A DNA stretch of 64,000 nucleotides from NCBI GenBank assembly GCA_045590095.1, contig JAZNQI010000046.1, forward strand, positions 22,821-86,820. Reading direction: 5' to 3'. The stretch is from Acetatifactor sp. Its GTDB lineage: Bacteria > Bacillota > Clostridia > Lachnospirales > Lachnospiraceae. This document shows positions 50,252-60,013 of this stretch, in pieces. The position numbers were made by a program, and so were the translations under genes. Under the pieces are notes generated by a model. That model did not search any database. It worked only from the letters and a program-made list of their open reading frames with translations, and was not told the DNA's origin. Numbering within the stretch: position 1 is the stretch's first letter; each line of letters opens with the position of its first letter.

Positions 50252-52171
50252 CTAAATATCTAATTGTGCATCGGTAGCGTGTTCGTAAATGAACGCTTTA
50301 CGTGGTGCTACTTCTGTACCCATTAAAAGTTCAGTTACTTCTGATGCCATACGTGCATCTTCAATTTCCACCTGTTTTAATAAGCGGGTGTCCGGGTCCA
50401 GCGTGGTTTCCCAGAGCTGGGTGGCATCCATTTCACCAAGACCTTTGTATCTTTGTAAGGTAAAGGAGCCTTTGTGAGTTTTACGATACTTCTCCAATGC
50501 TTTGTCATCGTATAAATACTCTTCTTTTCCCTTGGCAGGCATTGCTTTATAAAGTGGCGGCATAGCCAGATATACATGTCCTTCAAAGATGAGTTCCGGC
50601 ATAAATCGATAAAACAGAGTAAGAAGCAAAGTGGATATATGCTCACCGTCTACATCCGCATCGGCCATAATAATAATTTTGTCGTAACGGAGTTTGGTAA
50701 TATCAAAATCATTACCATACCCCTCTGAAAAGCCGCAACCAAATGCATTAATCATGGTTTTAATCTCTGCATTTGCAAGAACTTTGTCGATACTTGCTTT
50801 TTCTACATTCAAAATCTTACCGCGAATGGGCAAAATGGCTTGGTATTCACGGTTTCTTGCCATCTTGGCGCTACCACCCGCAGAATCTCCTTCTACGATA
50901 AAAATTTCGCATTTGGAAGCATCCTTGGAAATACAGTTAGCTAATTTGCCGTTAGAATCAAAGGAAAATTTCGGCTTGGTCAACATGTTTGTGCGGGCTT
51001 TTTCCTCAGTTTTACGTATTTTTGCAGCTTTTTCCGCGCAGGCAATGATACTCTTTAAGGTTTCTAAATTTCTATCCAGAAAATGCACCAATTCTTCGCC
51101 GACTACTTTGGAAACTGCTTTTGTGGCATCCTGATTATCCAATTTGGTTTTTGTCTGACCTTCAAAACGAGGATCAGGATGTTTAATAGAAACCACTGCT
51201 GTCATACCGTTACGTACATCAGCGCCGGTAAAATTAGCATCTTTCTCTTTTAAAATATTTAATTCACGAGCATACGTATTGATAACATTGGTAAATACGG
51301 TCTTAAAACCTGTTAAATGTGTACCGCCTTCAGAGTTATATATGTTATTGCAGAAACCAAGAACATTCTCATGAAACTCATTTACATACTGGAAGGCTAC
51401 TTCTACCATAATACCTTCGGATTCGCCTTTGATATATACACAATCATGAACCGCTTCACTACCTTTGTTAATATCCTTAATGAATCCGTTAATTCCGTCT
51501 GGTTCGTGGAATTCGATGCGCTCAGGAGTTTCTTTTCTCTTATCTTCAAAAATAATGGTTAACTGAGGATTTAAATAGGCTGTTTCGTGAAGTCTGGATT
51601 TAATATCATCTTCTTTGAAACGGGTTTTGTCGAAAATAGTATCATCCGGCAAAAATTGAATGGTGGTACCGGTTTCGCGGGTTTTTCCGATAACAGGAAG
51701 CAAACCTTCAATCAAATCAATGGTCGGAATACCCCGTTCGTATTTATCCTGGTAAATCTGTTTACCGTCCTTGACTGTTACGGTCAGCCAGTTAGATAAG
51801 GCATTTACTACAGAAGAACCTACGCCATGAAGACCGCCGCTGGTTTTGTAAGCGGAATTATCAAATTTACCACCGGCATGTAAGGTGGTAAACACCAGAC
51901 GTTCTGCACTGATTCCTTTTTCGTGCATTCCTACGGGAATGCCTCGACCATTGTCAGAAATTGTTGCAGAGCCATCAGCCTCCAAAGTAACGGTAATGGT
52001 ACTGCAATATCCGGCTAAATGCTCATCCACGGAGTTGTCTACTATTTCATAAATTAAATGATTCAGACCTTTGGTGGTAACCGAACCGATATACATACCG
52101 GGACGCTTACGTACCGCTTCCAATCCTTCTAATACTGTAATGCTGCTTGCATCATATGTGTTTTTTGCCAT
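50252..52171 (-). CDS. parE: DNA topoisomerase IV subunit B / GyrB family
   Basis: EIVDNSVDE, DNGRGIP, GGLHGVG, EGDSA, PIRGKILN, DADVDG and YKGLGEM. Confidence 0.85.
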   Translation of the reverse strand: MAKNTYDASSITVLEGLEAVRKRPGMYIGSVTTKGLNHLIYEIVDNSVDEHLAGYCSTITVTLEADGSATISDNGRGIPVGMHEKGISAERLVFTTLHAGGKFDNSAYKTSGGLHGVGSSVVNALSNWLTVTVKDGKQIYQDKYERGIPTIDLIEGLLPVIGKTRETGTTIQFLPDDTIFDKTRFKEDDIKSRLHETAYLNPQLTIIFEDKRKETPERIEFHEPDGINGFIKDINKGSEAVHDCVYIKGESEGIMVEVAFQYVNEFHENVLGFCNNIYNSEGGTHLTGFKTVFTNVINTYARELNILKEKDANFTGADVRNGMTAVVSIKHPDPRFEGQTKTKLDNQDATKAVSKVVGEELVHFLDRNLETLKSIIACAEKAAKIRKTEEKARTNMLTKPKFSFDSNGKLANCISKDASKCEIFIVEGDSAGGSAKMARNREYQAILPIRGKILNVEKASIDKVLANAEIKTMINAFGCGFSEGYGNDFDITKLRYDKIIIMADADVDGEHISTLLLTLFYRFMPELIFEGHVYLAMPPLYKAMPAKGKEEYLYDDKALEKYRKTHKGSFTLQRYKGLGEMDATQLWETTLDPDTRLLKQVEIEDARMASEVTELLMGTEVAPRKAFIYEHATDAQLDI

Positions 52172-52274
52172 TATATAACCTCAGTCTTCTTGATTATTTT
52201 GTGCTTGATTATGTATTTTTTTGATTTTATTTTGTCAAAAAAAACACTTGGCACATTATCCCAATATTACGTTT

Positions 52275-52304
52275 ATTATACACCATATATTGGGGGTAAG
52301 TCAA
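52275..52304 (-). promoter_or_regulatory. Sigma-A promoter of parE-parC
   Basis: Minus strand TTGACT-18bp-TATAAT. Confidence 0.7.
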
Positions 52305-52327
52305 ACAATATCTACCAATTCTTGGGA
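52280..52327. promoter_or_regulatory. Tandem NrdR-like boxes
   Basis: ACACCATATATTGGGG (52280-52295) and weaker CTACCAATTCTTGGGA (52312-52327), starts 32 bp apart. Confidence 0.55.
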
Positions 52328-52337
52328 GACATAAAAC

Positions 52338-52377
52338 AAAAAAGTCATATACCAAATATGCCGGAATATGACTTTTT
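52338..52377 (-). terminator. Terminator after recG
   Basis: AAAAAGTCATAT...ATATGACTTTTT. Confidence 0.7.
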
Positions 52378-52391
52378 AAACATATTACTTT

Positions 52392-54443
52392 CTAAATACT
52401 TCTAAAATCTACTTTACCCGAACTCTTTTGTTTCATATATTCGGTAATGGGTTTTAATTCTTCATCGGATAAGTATCCGGAATCAATCTTATTTACTGCC
52501 TCTGAGGCGGCCTTTAATACATTTGCATCAGCATATATATCACCTATTTTAAAGGAAAACTCGCCGCTTTGTCGAATTCCGAATAAATCACCGGGACCTC
52601 GAAGCTTCATATCCTCTGAAGCAATGAAAAAACCGTCATTGGATTTATTAAGTATATCCAAACGTTCCATAGTTTCTTTGTTATCCTGAGTGCTTACAAA
52701 AATGCAATAACTTTGGTGTTCCCCGCGACCGACACGACCTCTTAACTGATGTAATTGGGCAAGGCCGAATCGTTCTGCATTTTCCACCATCATAACTGTT
52801 GAATTGGGTACATTGATACCTACTTCAATAACTGTTGTAGATACCAATACATCAATATTCTTTTGGGCAAAATCTTCCATAATACGATTCTTATCGGACG
52901 GTCGCATTTTACCGTGCAAGGTGGCAATTTGGATATCTGCAGGTAATGCTGCGCGAAGCTTTTCGGCGTATTCCAAAACATTCTCTAAATTTTCCATTTC
53001 CCCCTCTTCTACCATGGGACAAATGACATATGCCTGACGGCCGCTTCGCACCTCTTTTTCTATAAACTGGTATGCTTTTGGCCGGAAGGAAGTGTTTACT
53101 ACGCAGTTTTTAATAGGTAAACGATTGGCAGGAAGTTCGTCAATAACAGAAATTTGTAAATCTCCATATAAAATAATTGCTAGGGTCCTGGGGATGGGGG
53201 TTGCGCTCATGACAAGAACATGGGGATTATGCCCCTTATTTGCTAAAATCTCTCGTTGTCGCACCCCAAAACGATGTTGCTCGTCCGTTACAACCAATGC
53301 AAGATTTTTAAAGATTACTTTTTCTTGTATGACTGCATGGGTACCGATTACCAGATTTGCGTCTCCTCGTTCTATTTTTTCATATGCAAGACGTTTTTCT
53401 TTGGCAGTCATGCTTCCCACTAAAAGCACCGGCTTAAAATTAATGTGATATTTTTCGATAAATTCACATATATCCTCATAATGCTGTGTTGCTAATACTT
53501 CAGTCGGAGCCATCATGGCACCCTGATAACCGTTAGAAACACACATAAGAAGGGATAATACTGCGATAATAGTTTTTCCGGAACCTACATCACCTTGAAC
53601 CAAACGATTCATACAATAGGGTGAATTTAAATCGCTTCTGATTTCTGCCCATACTTTTTTCTGAGCTTTGGTCAATGAATATGGCAAAACTTCAAGAAAA
53701 CGCACCGTATCTGCTGTTTCGATCATTTGATATTCGTTTGGCAATTGATCACAACGGTCTTTGTTTTGACGTAAGTAGTACAAAAAGTCAAAAAATTCAT
53801 CGAAAACCATTCTTTTACGTGCTTGTAAGAGCATATCAGTGTTTTTCGGAAAATGAATATTATGCAAAGCGTCTTTATAGGGCAATAAATGATATTCTGC
53901 AAGAAGTTTTTCCGGATAATGTTCTGTAGGCAAGGGATGTGTTGATAATACCTGTTTTACTGCTTTTTGGATGGCTTGGTTGGTAATTCCCTTGGTTAAT
54001 GCATATTTGGGTTGTATGGCGCTTAAAAGACCTTTGTACTCATCAAATTTATAGATTTTCGGCTGCTCCATAATTTTGGCAGGACCTTTGGATTGTATCA
54101 TACCGCGAAAAATAAAAGTACTGCCGTTTCTAAGTACATTTTTCAAAAAGGGCATATTAAAAAAAGTCAGTTGCATAGCACCGCTATTATCTTTAATTAA
54201 TACATTCATGATGGAAAGATTACGTATCTTTTTGATATTAGGAATCCCTGACACGGTACCGGTTACAGCTGTAACAGAACCCACGGATGCATTTGCAATT
54301 TGCGTCGGTTCATGAAAGGTTTCGTAATCTCGCGGAAAATATACAAGCAAATCCTCCACCGTTTCAATATGTATTTTTTGAAAGAGTTTTGCAGTTTTTT
54401 CACCAACGCCCTTGAGCTGTTGAATGGGTGTTCTGTCACTCAT
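52392..54443 (-). CDS. recG: ATP-dependent DNA helicase RecG
   Basis: QGDVGSGKT, DEQH, SATPIPRTL, QLRGRVGRG and RGPGD. Confidence 0.97.
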   Translation of the reverse strand: MSDRTPIQQLKGVGEKTAKLFQKIHIETVEDLLVYFPRDYETFHEPTQIANASVGSVTAVTGTVSGIPNIKKIRNLSIMNVLIKDNSGAMQLTFFNMPFLKNVLRNGSTFIFRGMIQSKGPAKIMEQPKIYKFDEYKGLLSAIQPKYALTKGITNQAIQKAVKQVLSTHPLPTEHYPEKLLAEYHLLPYKDALHNIHFPKNTDMLLQARKRMVFDEFFDFLYYLRQNKDRCDQLPNEYQMIETADTVRFLEVLPYSLTKAQKKVWAEIRSDLNSPYCMNRLVQGDVGSGKTIIAVLSLLMCVSNGYQGAMMAPTEVLATQHYEDICEFIEKYHINFKPVLLVGSMTAKEKRLAYEKIERGDANLVIGTHAVIQEKVIFKNLALVVTDEQHRFGVRQREILANKGHNPHVLVMSATPIPRTLAIILYGDLQISVIDELPANRLPIKNCVVNTSFRPKAYQFIEKEVRSGRQAYVICPMVEEGEMENLENVLEYAEKLRAALPADIQIATLHGKMRPSDKNRIMEDFAQKNIDVLVSTTVIEVGINVPNSTVMMVENAERFGLAQLHQLRGRVGRGEHQSYCIFVSTQDNKETMERLDILNKSNDGFFIASEDMKLRGPGDLFGIRQSGEFSFKIGDIYADANVLKAASEAVNKIDSGYLSDEELKPITEYMKQKSSGKVDFRSI

Positions 54444-54501
54444 AAAACCTCCGAATATACAAAAAGGGAGACAATCCTGCCTCCCTCCGAATACAATATA
54501 A

Positions 54502-56166
54502 TTATTCTACTGATACTAAGTAATAATAAATCGGCTGACCGCCAAACTGTAATTCTACATCACAGTCAGGATAAGTTTCCTCAATTTTAGCAGATAATTC
54601 TTCTGCAACACTTTCTTCTACGTCAGCACCATAATAAATACTGATAAGTTCAGAATCTTCATTTACCATAGCGGCAATCATTTTTTCCGTAACTTCTTTC
54701 ATATCCTGACCTACAGCTAACATGCCCTTGTCACCGATACCCATGTAATCACCTTGTTTGATTTCCATGTCATCAATCATGGTGTCTCGTACTGCATAGG
54801 TAACCTGACCGGTCTTAACGGTACCGATTGCTTCCATCATGGTTTCTTCATTATCCTCTACAGACGATTCGGGAACATAATTAATTAATGCTGCAATTCC
54901 TTGAGGAATTGTCTTGGTAGGTATTACAAGAATGGTTTTATCAGTCATTAATTCAGCGGCTTGATTAGCTGCCAAAATAATATTCTTGTTATTAGGGAAT
55001 ACGAAAATGGTTTCAGCATTTACCTTCTCTACAGCATCTAAGATATCAGCTGTAGAAGGGTTCATGGTCTGACCGCCTTCAATAATGTAATCTACCCCTA
55101 AGCTTTTGAAAATTTCATTAACACCATCACCTACGGATACTGCTAAAAAACCAACAGGTTTTGCAGGTTCTGCAGAGGCTGCTTCCTTTTCGGACATCTT
55201 AAAAAGCTTTTCCTGATGCTCTAAACGCATATTATCAATCTTTAAATTTGATAACTGTCCGTATTTCAATGCTTTCTGAATTGCAAGTCCGGGATCATTG
55301 GTATGAACATGTACTTTAACAACATCATCGTCTGCAACACAAACGATAGAATCACCGATAGATTCTAAAAATGCTTTGAAATCCATTTCGTGCTTAATGT
55401 TAAATACTTTATCAAGCAAAATAATAAACTCTGTACAATAACCAAACTTTATGTCCATCTCAGCCTGTGCATTGTAACTGTCTGACATTTGTACACTTCC
55501 GGCAGATTTTGATTCACCGGCCTGAATTGTATAATCAATCTCTTTTCCGAGATAAGCATCATAAGCGCCCTTTAATACCTGAATTAAACCTTGTCCGCCG
55601 GAATCAACTACGCCGGCCTGCTTTAATACCGGTAACATTTCAGGGGTCTGACTTAACACATACTCAGCATGCGCAATAACATCTGCAATAAACTGATTCA
55701 TGTCAGTAGCGCCATCTTCTACCAATTCAGCAGCTTTTTCGGCACCGCCGCGCGCTACGGTAAGAATGGTTCCTTCCTTGGGTTTCATAACTGCTTTGTA
55801 TGCCGTTTCAACACCACGTTCCATGGCACTTGCCAAAACGGAAATGGTTATTTCTTCTTCCTCAGCAATACTTTTTGTAAATCCGCGTAACAACTGGGAT
55901 AAAATAACACCTGAATTTCCTCTTGCGCCTCTTAATGAACCGCTGGAAATAGCTTTACAAAGAGCAGGCATATTAGGCTCTTCGCCTAATGCAGCCACCT
56001 CTTTTGCTGCAGACATAATAGTCATTGTCATATTAGTACCTGTATCACCATCCGGTACAGGGAACACATTTAATTCATTAATCCATTCTTTGTTGGATTC
56101 CAAATTTTTTGCTCCGGCTAAGAACATCTTCGCGAGTAACTTAGCGTTGATAGTATTTGAAGCCAC
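54502..56166 (-). CDS. yloV: DAK2 domain protein YloV / fatty acid kinase FakA
   Basis: LNVFPVPDGDTGTNM, ARGNSG, VDSGG and GGQTMNPS. Confidence 0.94.
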   Translation of the reverse strand: MASNTINAKLLAKMFLAGAKNLESNKEWINELNVFPVPDGDTGTNMTMTIMSAAKEVAALGEEPNMPALCKAISSGSLRGARGNSGVILSQLLRGFTKSIAEEEEITISVLASAMERGVETAYKAVMKPKEGTILTVARGGAEKAAELVEDGATDMNQFIADVIAHAEYVLSQTPEMLPVLKQAGVVDSGGQGLIQVLKGAYDAYLGKEIDYTIQAGESKSAGSVQMSDSYNAQAEMDIKFGYCTEFIILLDKVFNIKHEMDFKAFLESIGDSIVCVADDDVVKVHVHTNDPGLAIQKALKYGQLSNLKIDNMRLEHQEKLFKMSEKEAASAEPAKPVGFLAVSVGDGVNEIFKSLGVDYIIEGGQTMNPSTADILDAVEKVNAETIFVFPNNKNIILAANQAAELMTDKTILVIPTKTIPQGIAALINYVPESSVEDNEETMMEAIGTVKTGQVTYAVRDTMIDDMEIKQGDYMGIGDKGMLAVGQDMKEVTEKMIAAMVNEDSELISIYYGADVEESVAEELSAKIEETYPDCDVELQFGGQPIYYYLVSVE

Positions 56167-56178
56167 TTTATTTCCTCC

Positions 56179-56541
56179 TTAATCAATTACTCTAACACCA
56201 TCTACGAAGATGTTGATTTTGCTTATTTCGATTCCTGTAAACTCTTCCACTTTATATTTGACAGTGCTCAATAAATTATTACACACTGCATAAATACTTA
56301 CGCCGTAAGCTACAACAACATGAAAGTCTAAAACTAATTTATTATTCTTTACTGATACTGTAATACCTCTGGTGAGGCTGTCTTTCTTAAGTAAATGAAC
56401 CAAGCCATCTTTTACACTCACACCGGCCATACCTACAATACCAAAACATTCTACGGCTACACTGCCGGCATATTTTGCAATAACTTCATTGTCAATCATA
56501 ATATTTCCAATATGAGTATTTAAAGAAGAACCTTTCATCAT
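56179..56541 (-). CDS. yloU: Asp23/Gls24 family protein YloU
   Basis: ECFGIVGMA and VKYKVEEFTG; ATG after AGGAGG. Confidence 0.92.
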   Translation of the reverse strand: MMKGSSLNTHIGNIMIDNEVIAKYAGSVAVECFGIVGMAGVSVKDGLVHLLKKDSLTRGITVSVKNNKLVLDFHVVVAYGVSIYAVCNNLLSTVKYKVEEFTGIEISKINIFVDGVRVID

Positions 56542-56636
56542 AGTACCTCCTATTATATATAATGACTCATTATACAATCTTTTTCCCAAAAAGGGAATAA
56601 AAAAATGCAAAATTTTTAAAAAATGATTTTTTGTGC

Positions 56637-56665
56637 TTGATTTTATGTTATTTTTCTGTTAATAT
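56637..56665 (+). promoter_or_regulatory. Putative sigma-A promoter of rpmB
   Basis: TTGATT-17bp-TAATAT. Confidence 0.5.
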
Positions 56666-56710
56666 ATCAATGTTGTTTTGTATGAGCATAAAACGAGGAG
56701 GTGTCAAGAG

Positions 56711-56896
56711 ATGGCAAAGTGTGATGTTTGTGGCAAAGGCGTTCATTTTGGAAATAACGTAAGCCATTCCCATAGAAGAAGCAATGCTATTTGGAAGTCT
56801 AACGTTAAAAGTGTTAAATGTAATGTAAACGGTGCAACTAAGAAGATGCATGTTTGTACCAGCTGCTTAAAGTCTGGTGCTGTTGAAAGAGCATAA
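56711..56896 (+). CDS. rpmB: 50S ribosomal protein L28 (Zn-ribbon form)
   Basis: MAKCDVCGK...GNNVSHSH...CTSCLKS. Confidence 0.97.
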   Translation: MAKCDVCGKGVHFGNNVSHSHRRSNAIWKSNVKSVKCNVNGATKKMHVCTSCLKSGAVERA

Positions 56897-56908
56897 TTGA
56901 ATTTGCTT

Positions 56909-56940
56909 AAAAAGCCTGTTCGTAATGAACAGGCTTTTTT
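56909..56940. terminator. Bidirectional terminator
   Basis: AAAAAGCCTGTTC-loop-GAACAGGCTTTTTT. Confidence 0.8.
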
Positions 56941-57103
56941 ATTTGAAATCGCATGCTAAGCAACAATATCCTATTATTAACAAAATAGCAATTAAAATAA
57001 TTGCACCTACCTTACTTGAGATGAATAACATCAAAAGCATTCCAATGGCGATAAAGAATGCGATTAATCCGATTGCGTGTCTGGTAGATTTTTGCATCAA
57101 CAT
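56939..57103 (-). CDS. Small 54-aa two-TM membrane protein with Cys-rich C-terminus (absent from the ORF track)
   Basis: Manual translation MLMQKSTRHAIGLIAFFIAIGMLLMLFISSKVGAIILIAILLIIGYCCLACDFK; fills the gap and ends in the terminator. Confidence 0.7.
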   Translation of the reverse strand: MLMQKSTRHAIGLIAFFIAIGMLLMLFISSKVGAIILIAILLIIGYCCLACDFK

Positions 57104-57149
57104 GACCTACTTTTATTTACTTTATATAATATATGCAATCTAATACAAA

Positions 57150-57560
57150 TTATGAATTCTTTTCATTTTCCGGAAAAGCAATATCAATAATTTCTTCCTT
57201 ACTCATCTCATCTTCTTTCTTTGCTGTAAACTTATCAACGAGTTCGGGAAGCATATCAATAATCTTGCCCACAGTATCCTGACCCTTTACACTAACCATC
57301 TTTGCATTTCCGTTTTTAATCACTAAAACGGCATTAGGAGACATTTTACCGCCAAGACCGCCTCCGGCATGATTTTTTCCGGGGTCATCTTTTATAGTAC
57401 TGCTGGCACCGAATGCAAAGCTTACATCAACTAAAGGTACAATGATTACATCGCCGATTTCTGTTGGTTGTCCTACTACTGTTTTGGTTGATAAAGCAGT
57501 ATCCATGCCCTTTAATAAAGATTCTACAATTCCTTCACATTTATTGATTTTCTCTGCCAT
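57150..57560 (-). CDS. ytfJ: GerW/YtfJ family sporulation protein
   Basis: TKTVVGQP, IIVPLVDVSFAFG and GGGLGGKMSPNAVLVI. Confidence 0.88.
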   Translation of the reverse strand: MAEKINKCEGIVESLLKGMDTALSTKTVVGQPTEIGDVIIVPLVDVSFAFGASSTIKDDPGKNHAGGGLGGKMSPNAVLVIKNGNAKMVSVKGQDTVGKIIDMLPELVDKFTAKKEDEMSKEEIIDIAFPENEKNS

Positions 57561-58473
57561 TCTTAGGTCCTCCGTTTTTTAATTTTTTAATAACTGGTTT
57601 GAAATTCTTATTGAATAATATTTTTAATCCGTTTATTGCAAGTACAAAGATTGTAATCTTTCCTTTAAGATAAAAATCGCCTGCTATTGTCTTTTTTTCA
57701 AAATCAGGTGTAATATCTACATGCTCTCCCAAAATGGGCTTAGCTACCCAATATGCTCCGTACAACTTTCCGGTTGTATCCGGAGTATCAAAACCTATTG
57801 TAGCATTAACTACTAATTTGCGTGGACGAATACTCTTTAAAATTTTAAGTAATGATTCAAAAACTTTAGAAAGTAGTTCCTTGGTCTCTTTTTCTTGCAA
57901 AATATTTAAATAATACTGAATATTTGCAAAAATATCTTTTATTTTATTATATACAGAAGTGATTTTATTTACAATCTTATTAATTTTTTCCTTAAAACTT
58001 TCTTTGGGCTTTTCTTTCTCCTGCATATAATCATCAAAGATTTGTTGATGTTCGGGAGTGAGCATCCCTTGGGATGTCTGTTCGGATGTATCTTCAACCG
58101 TTGATACATCGGAATTTTGAACAGGCTCGTCATTTGAAACCATAACATCAGAAGGAACATCCGGCTTTTTCTTTTTTTTCTCTTTCTTGGGTTTGTCTTT
58201 TTTCTTACCGATTTGAAAACCAAGAACTTTTATGATGATAGATGGCTTATCCGGATGTATATAGTTTACTTTAACGCTCAAAGCGTGTAACAACCAGGTA
58301 ATCTTGAATTGTACATTTTTTTCTGTATCGTCAATAACCCCACTACCTTTGTATCGGATTGGAACAAATAATACAATGGCTAGTAATAAAAGTATTAACA
58401 ATAAGATTATCAAGAGTACAATGCCGATTACTTTTAATAATCCTAATAGAAATGCTAACATTTTATTCTCCAA
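57541..58473 (-). CDS. DUF2953/YtfI-like protein
   Basis: N-terminal TM, VPIRY and GFDTPDTTG..YG; precedes ytfJ. Confidence 0.78.
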   Translation of the reverse strand: MENKMLAFLLGLLKVIGIVLLIILLLILLLLAIVLFVPIRYKGSGVIDDTEKNVQFKITWLLHALSVKVNYIHPDKPSIIIKVLGFQIGKKKDKPKKEKKKKKPDVPSDVMVSNDEPVQNSDVSTVEDTSEQTSQGMLTPEHQQIFDDYMQEKEKPKESFKEKINKIVNKITSVYNKIKDIFANIQYYLNILQEKETKELLSKVFESLLKILKSIRPRKLVVNATIGFDTPDTTGKLYGAYWVAKPILGEHVDITPDFEKKTIAGDFYLKGKITIFVLAINGLKILFNKNFKPVIKKLKNGGPKNGRENQ

Positions 58474-58786
58474 TTAAATAAGCTAGTATATTTGCGTCGC
58501 CGCGTTTTTCAAGGCATTCCTGCATAGTTTTTTCAATTAATGAAATAGCCTCATCTTTTGTTTTTGCAATTCCAAATACATAAAGAGGATGCTTATCATA
58601 AAACTTTTGGGGCAAATAACGTGACTGAAAAATATCCAGTTGGTCTTCGGGATTTAATGCTCTGGTAATCAAAAAAACATCCGTTGTTGCAGGTTTCTTT
58701 TTTAAGTTAGATTTAATTTTTGCAATATCACCGAAGCCGATTGATTCACCTAAAATTAAATTTGGATGATAAGTTACTCTTTTCAT
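58463..58786 (-). CDS. Hypothetical protein
   Basis: AAAGGTG RBS; in operon; GIA...EA motif. Confidence 0.75.
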   Translation of the reverse strand: MKRVTYHPNLILGESIGFGDIAKIKSNLKKKPATTDVFLITRALNPEDQLDIFQSRYLPQKFYDKHPLYVFGIAKTKDEAISLIEKTMQECLEKRGDANILAYLIGE

Positions 58787-58864
58787 GTTACACCTTTATA
58801 TACTATCTACAGTTTACTTTTTTAGTATATCACATCTTTTTCAAAAAAGAAACGTATTTATGCA

Positions 58865-58893
58865 TTGACTTATTAAGAAAATATCTTTAGTAT
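58865..58893 (+). promoter_or_regulatory. Putative sigma-A promoter
   Basis: TTGACT-17bp-TAGTAT. Confidence 0.5.
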
Positions 58894-58927
58894 TTTTATA
58901 TAAACTTTTTATGGGATGGTTTGAAAT

Positions 58928-59983
58928 ATGAAAATTGTAGCCAGAATGTCTTTACAAGACGGTATGATTTTAGGCGAGGATGTAAAAGATTCTCATGGTA
59001 ATGTTTTATATACTGCAGGAACTGAAATCAATGCCCGAGTGATTAATAAATTAAATCGTTATTCTATTATGTGTGTAACAATTATGGAGGATATTGATTT
59101 TGCTCAAACACATTATGAAAGAATGCGTTTTGATAATACTTTTAAAGCTTTTGAAATTATCTATACAGATTGCTTGAATCGTTATAAAGAGATGATGACG
59201 ATTTTTTTGAATACCGGAACAATAATTGAAAATAACAAATTGTTAAGCCTGTATCATAATGTTATGTCGTCTGTACCCGGAAATGCTGCAATTTTTGATT
59301 ATTTGTACATTCGTGTTCCGAATGAGGATGAAATGACATTAACCCATTGCTTTAATTCTGCCTTAATAGCCGGTACATTTGCGGATTGGTTGTTATTAAA
59401 TGAAGAGGAAAAGAATACACTGATTTTATGCGGGTTCTATTATGATATCGGAAAACTAATGTTACCCTATCATCTTTTGTGGAAACCGGGTAAACTTACT
59501 GCTGAAGAATATGAACAGATTAAATCTCATACAGTGACCGGTTATAAGCTTTTGAGAATGCATAATATTAATCCTAATATAAAAAGATCCGTAGTTTTGC
59601 ACCACGAACGTTTGGATGGTTCAGGTTATCCTTATGGATTTGATAAAGAAGAAATTGATATTTATTCCAGATGCATTAGCATAATAGATACTTATGAAGC
59701 AATGGCAGCTCCGCGTGCCCATCGTTTATCCATCCCGCCTTTGAATATCCTTGCTTATTTTGAGGAAGCTTTATCTCAATATGACGTGGAACTTCTGATG
59801 CCTATTATGAAAAATATTGCAAATATGCAAATCGGTACTAATGTGCAACTGTCAGATGAAAGTATATGGGAAGTTTTTCTTTTGAATAATCATAAATTAT
59901 CCAGACCCATTCTTAGAAACGAAAAGTCCGAAATGCTGGATTTATCAATTCGTCCTGATTTAAAAATTGAAAAAGTAATCTAA
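58928..59983 (+). CDS. HD-GYP domain protein with degenerate HD (YD)
   Basis: YYDIGK, HTVTGY, HHERLDGSGYP and IDTYEAM. Confidence 0.85.
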   Translation: MKIVARMSLQDGMILGEDVKDSHGNVLYTAGTEINARVINKLNRYSIMCVTIMEDIDFAQTHYERMRFDNTFKAFEIIYTDCLNRYKEMMTIFLNTGTIIENNKLLSLYHNVMSSVPGNAAIFDYLYIRVPNEDEMTLTHCFNSALIAGTFADWLLLNEEEKNTLILCGFYYDIGKLMLPYHLLWKPGKLTAEEYEQIKSHTVTGYKLLRMHNINPNIKRSVVLHHERLDGSGYPYGFDKEEIDIYSRCISIIDTYEAMAAPRAHRLSIPPLNILAYFEEALSQYDVELLMPIMKNIANMQIGTNVQLSDESIWEVFLLNNHKLSRPILRNEKSEMLDLSIRPDLKIEKVI

Positions 59984-60013
59984 AAAAAGTTTGGCTGAAT
60001 GCCAAACTTTTTT
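59982..60013. terminator. Bidirectional terminator
   Basis: AAAAAAAGTTTGGC-TGAAT-GCCAAACTTTTTT. Confidence 0.8.

Noticed and set aside
50636-50665. ParE TOPRIM DADVDGEH instead of DGAH/DGSH
   Set aside because: The metal-binding DxDxD is intact and the changed position is variable.
56925-57143. 72-aa + strand ORF in the track
   Set aside because: It starts inside the rpmB terminator; the minus-strand 54-aa membrane ORF explains the region better.
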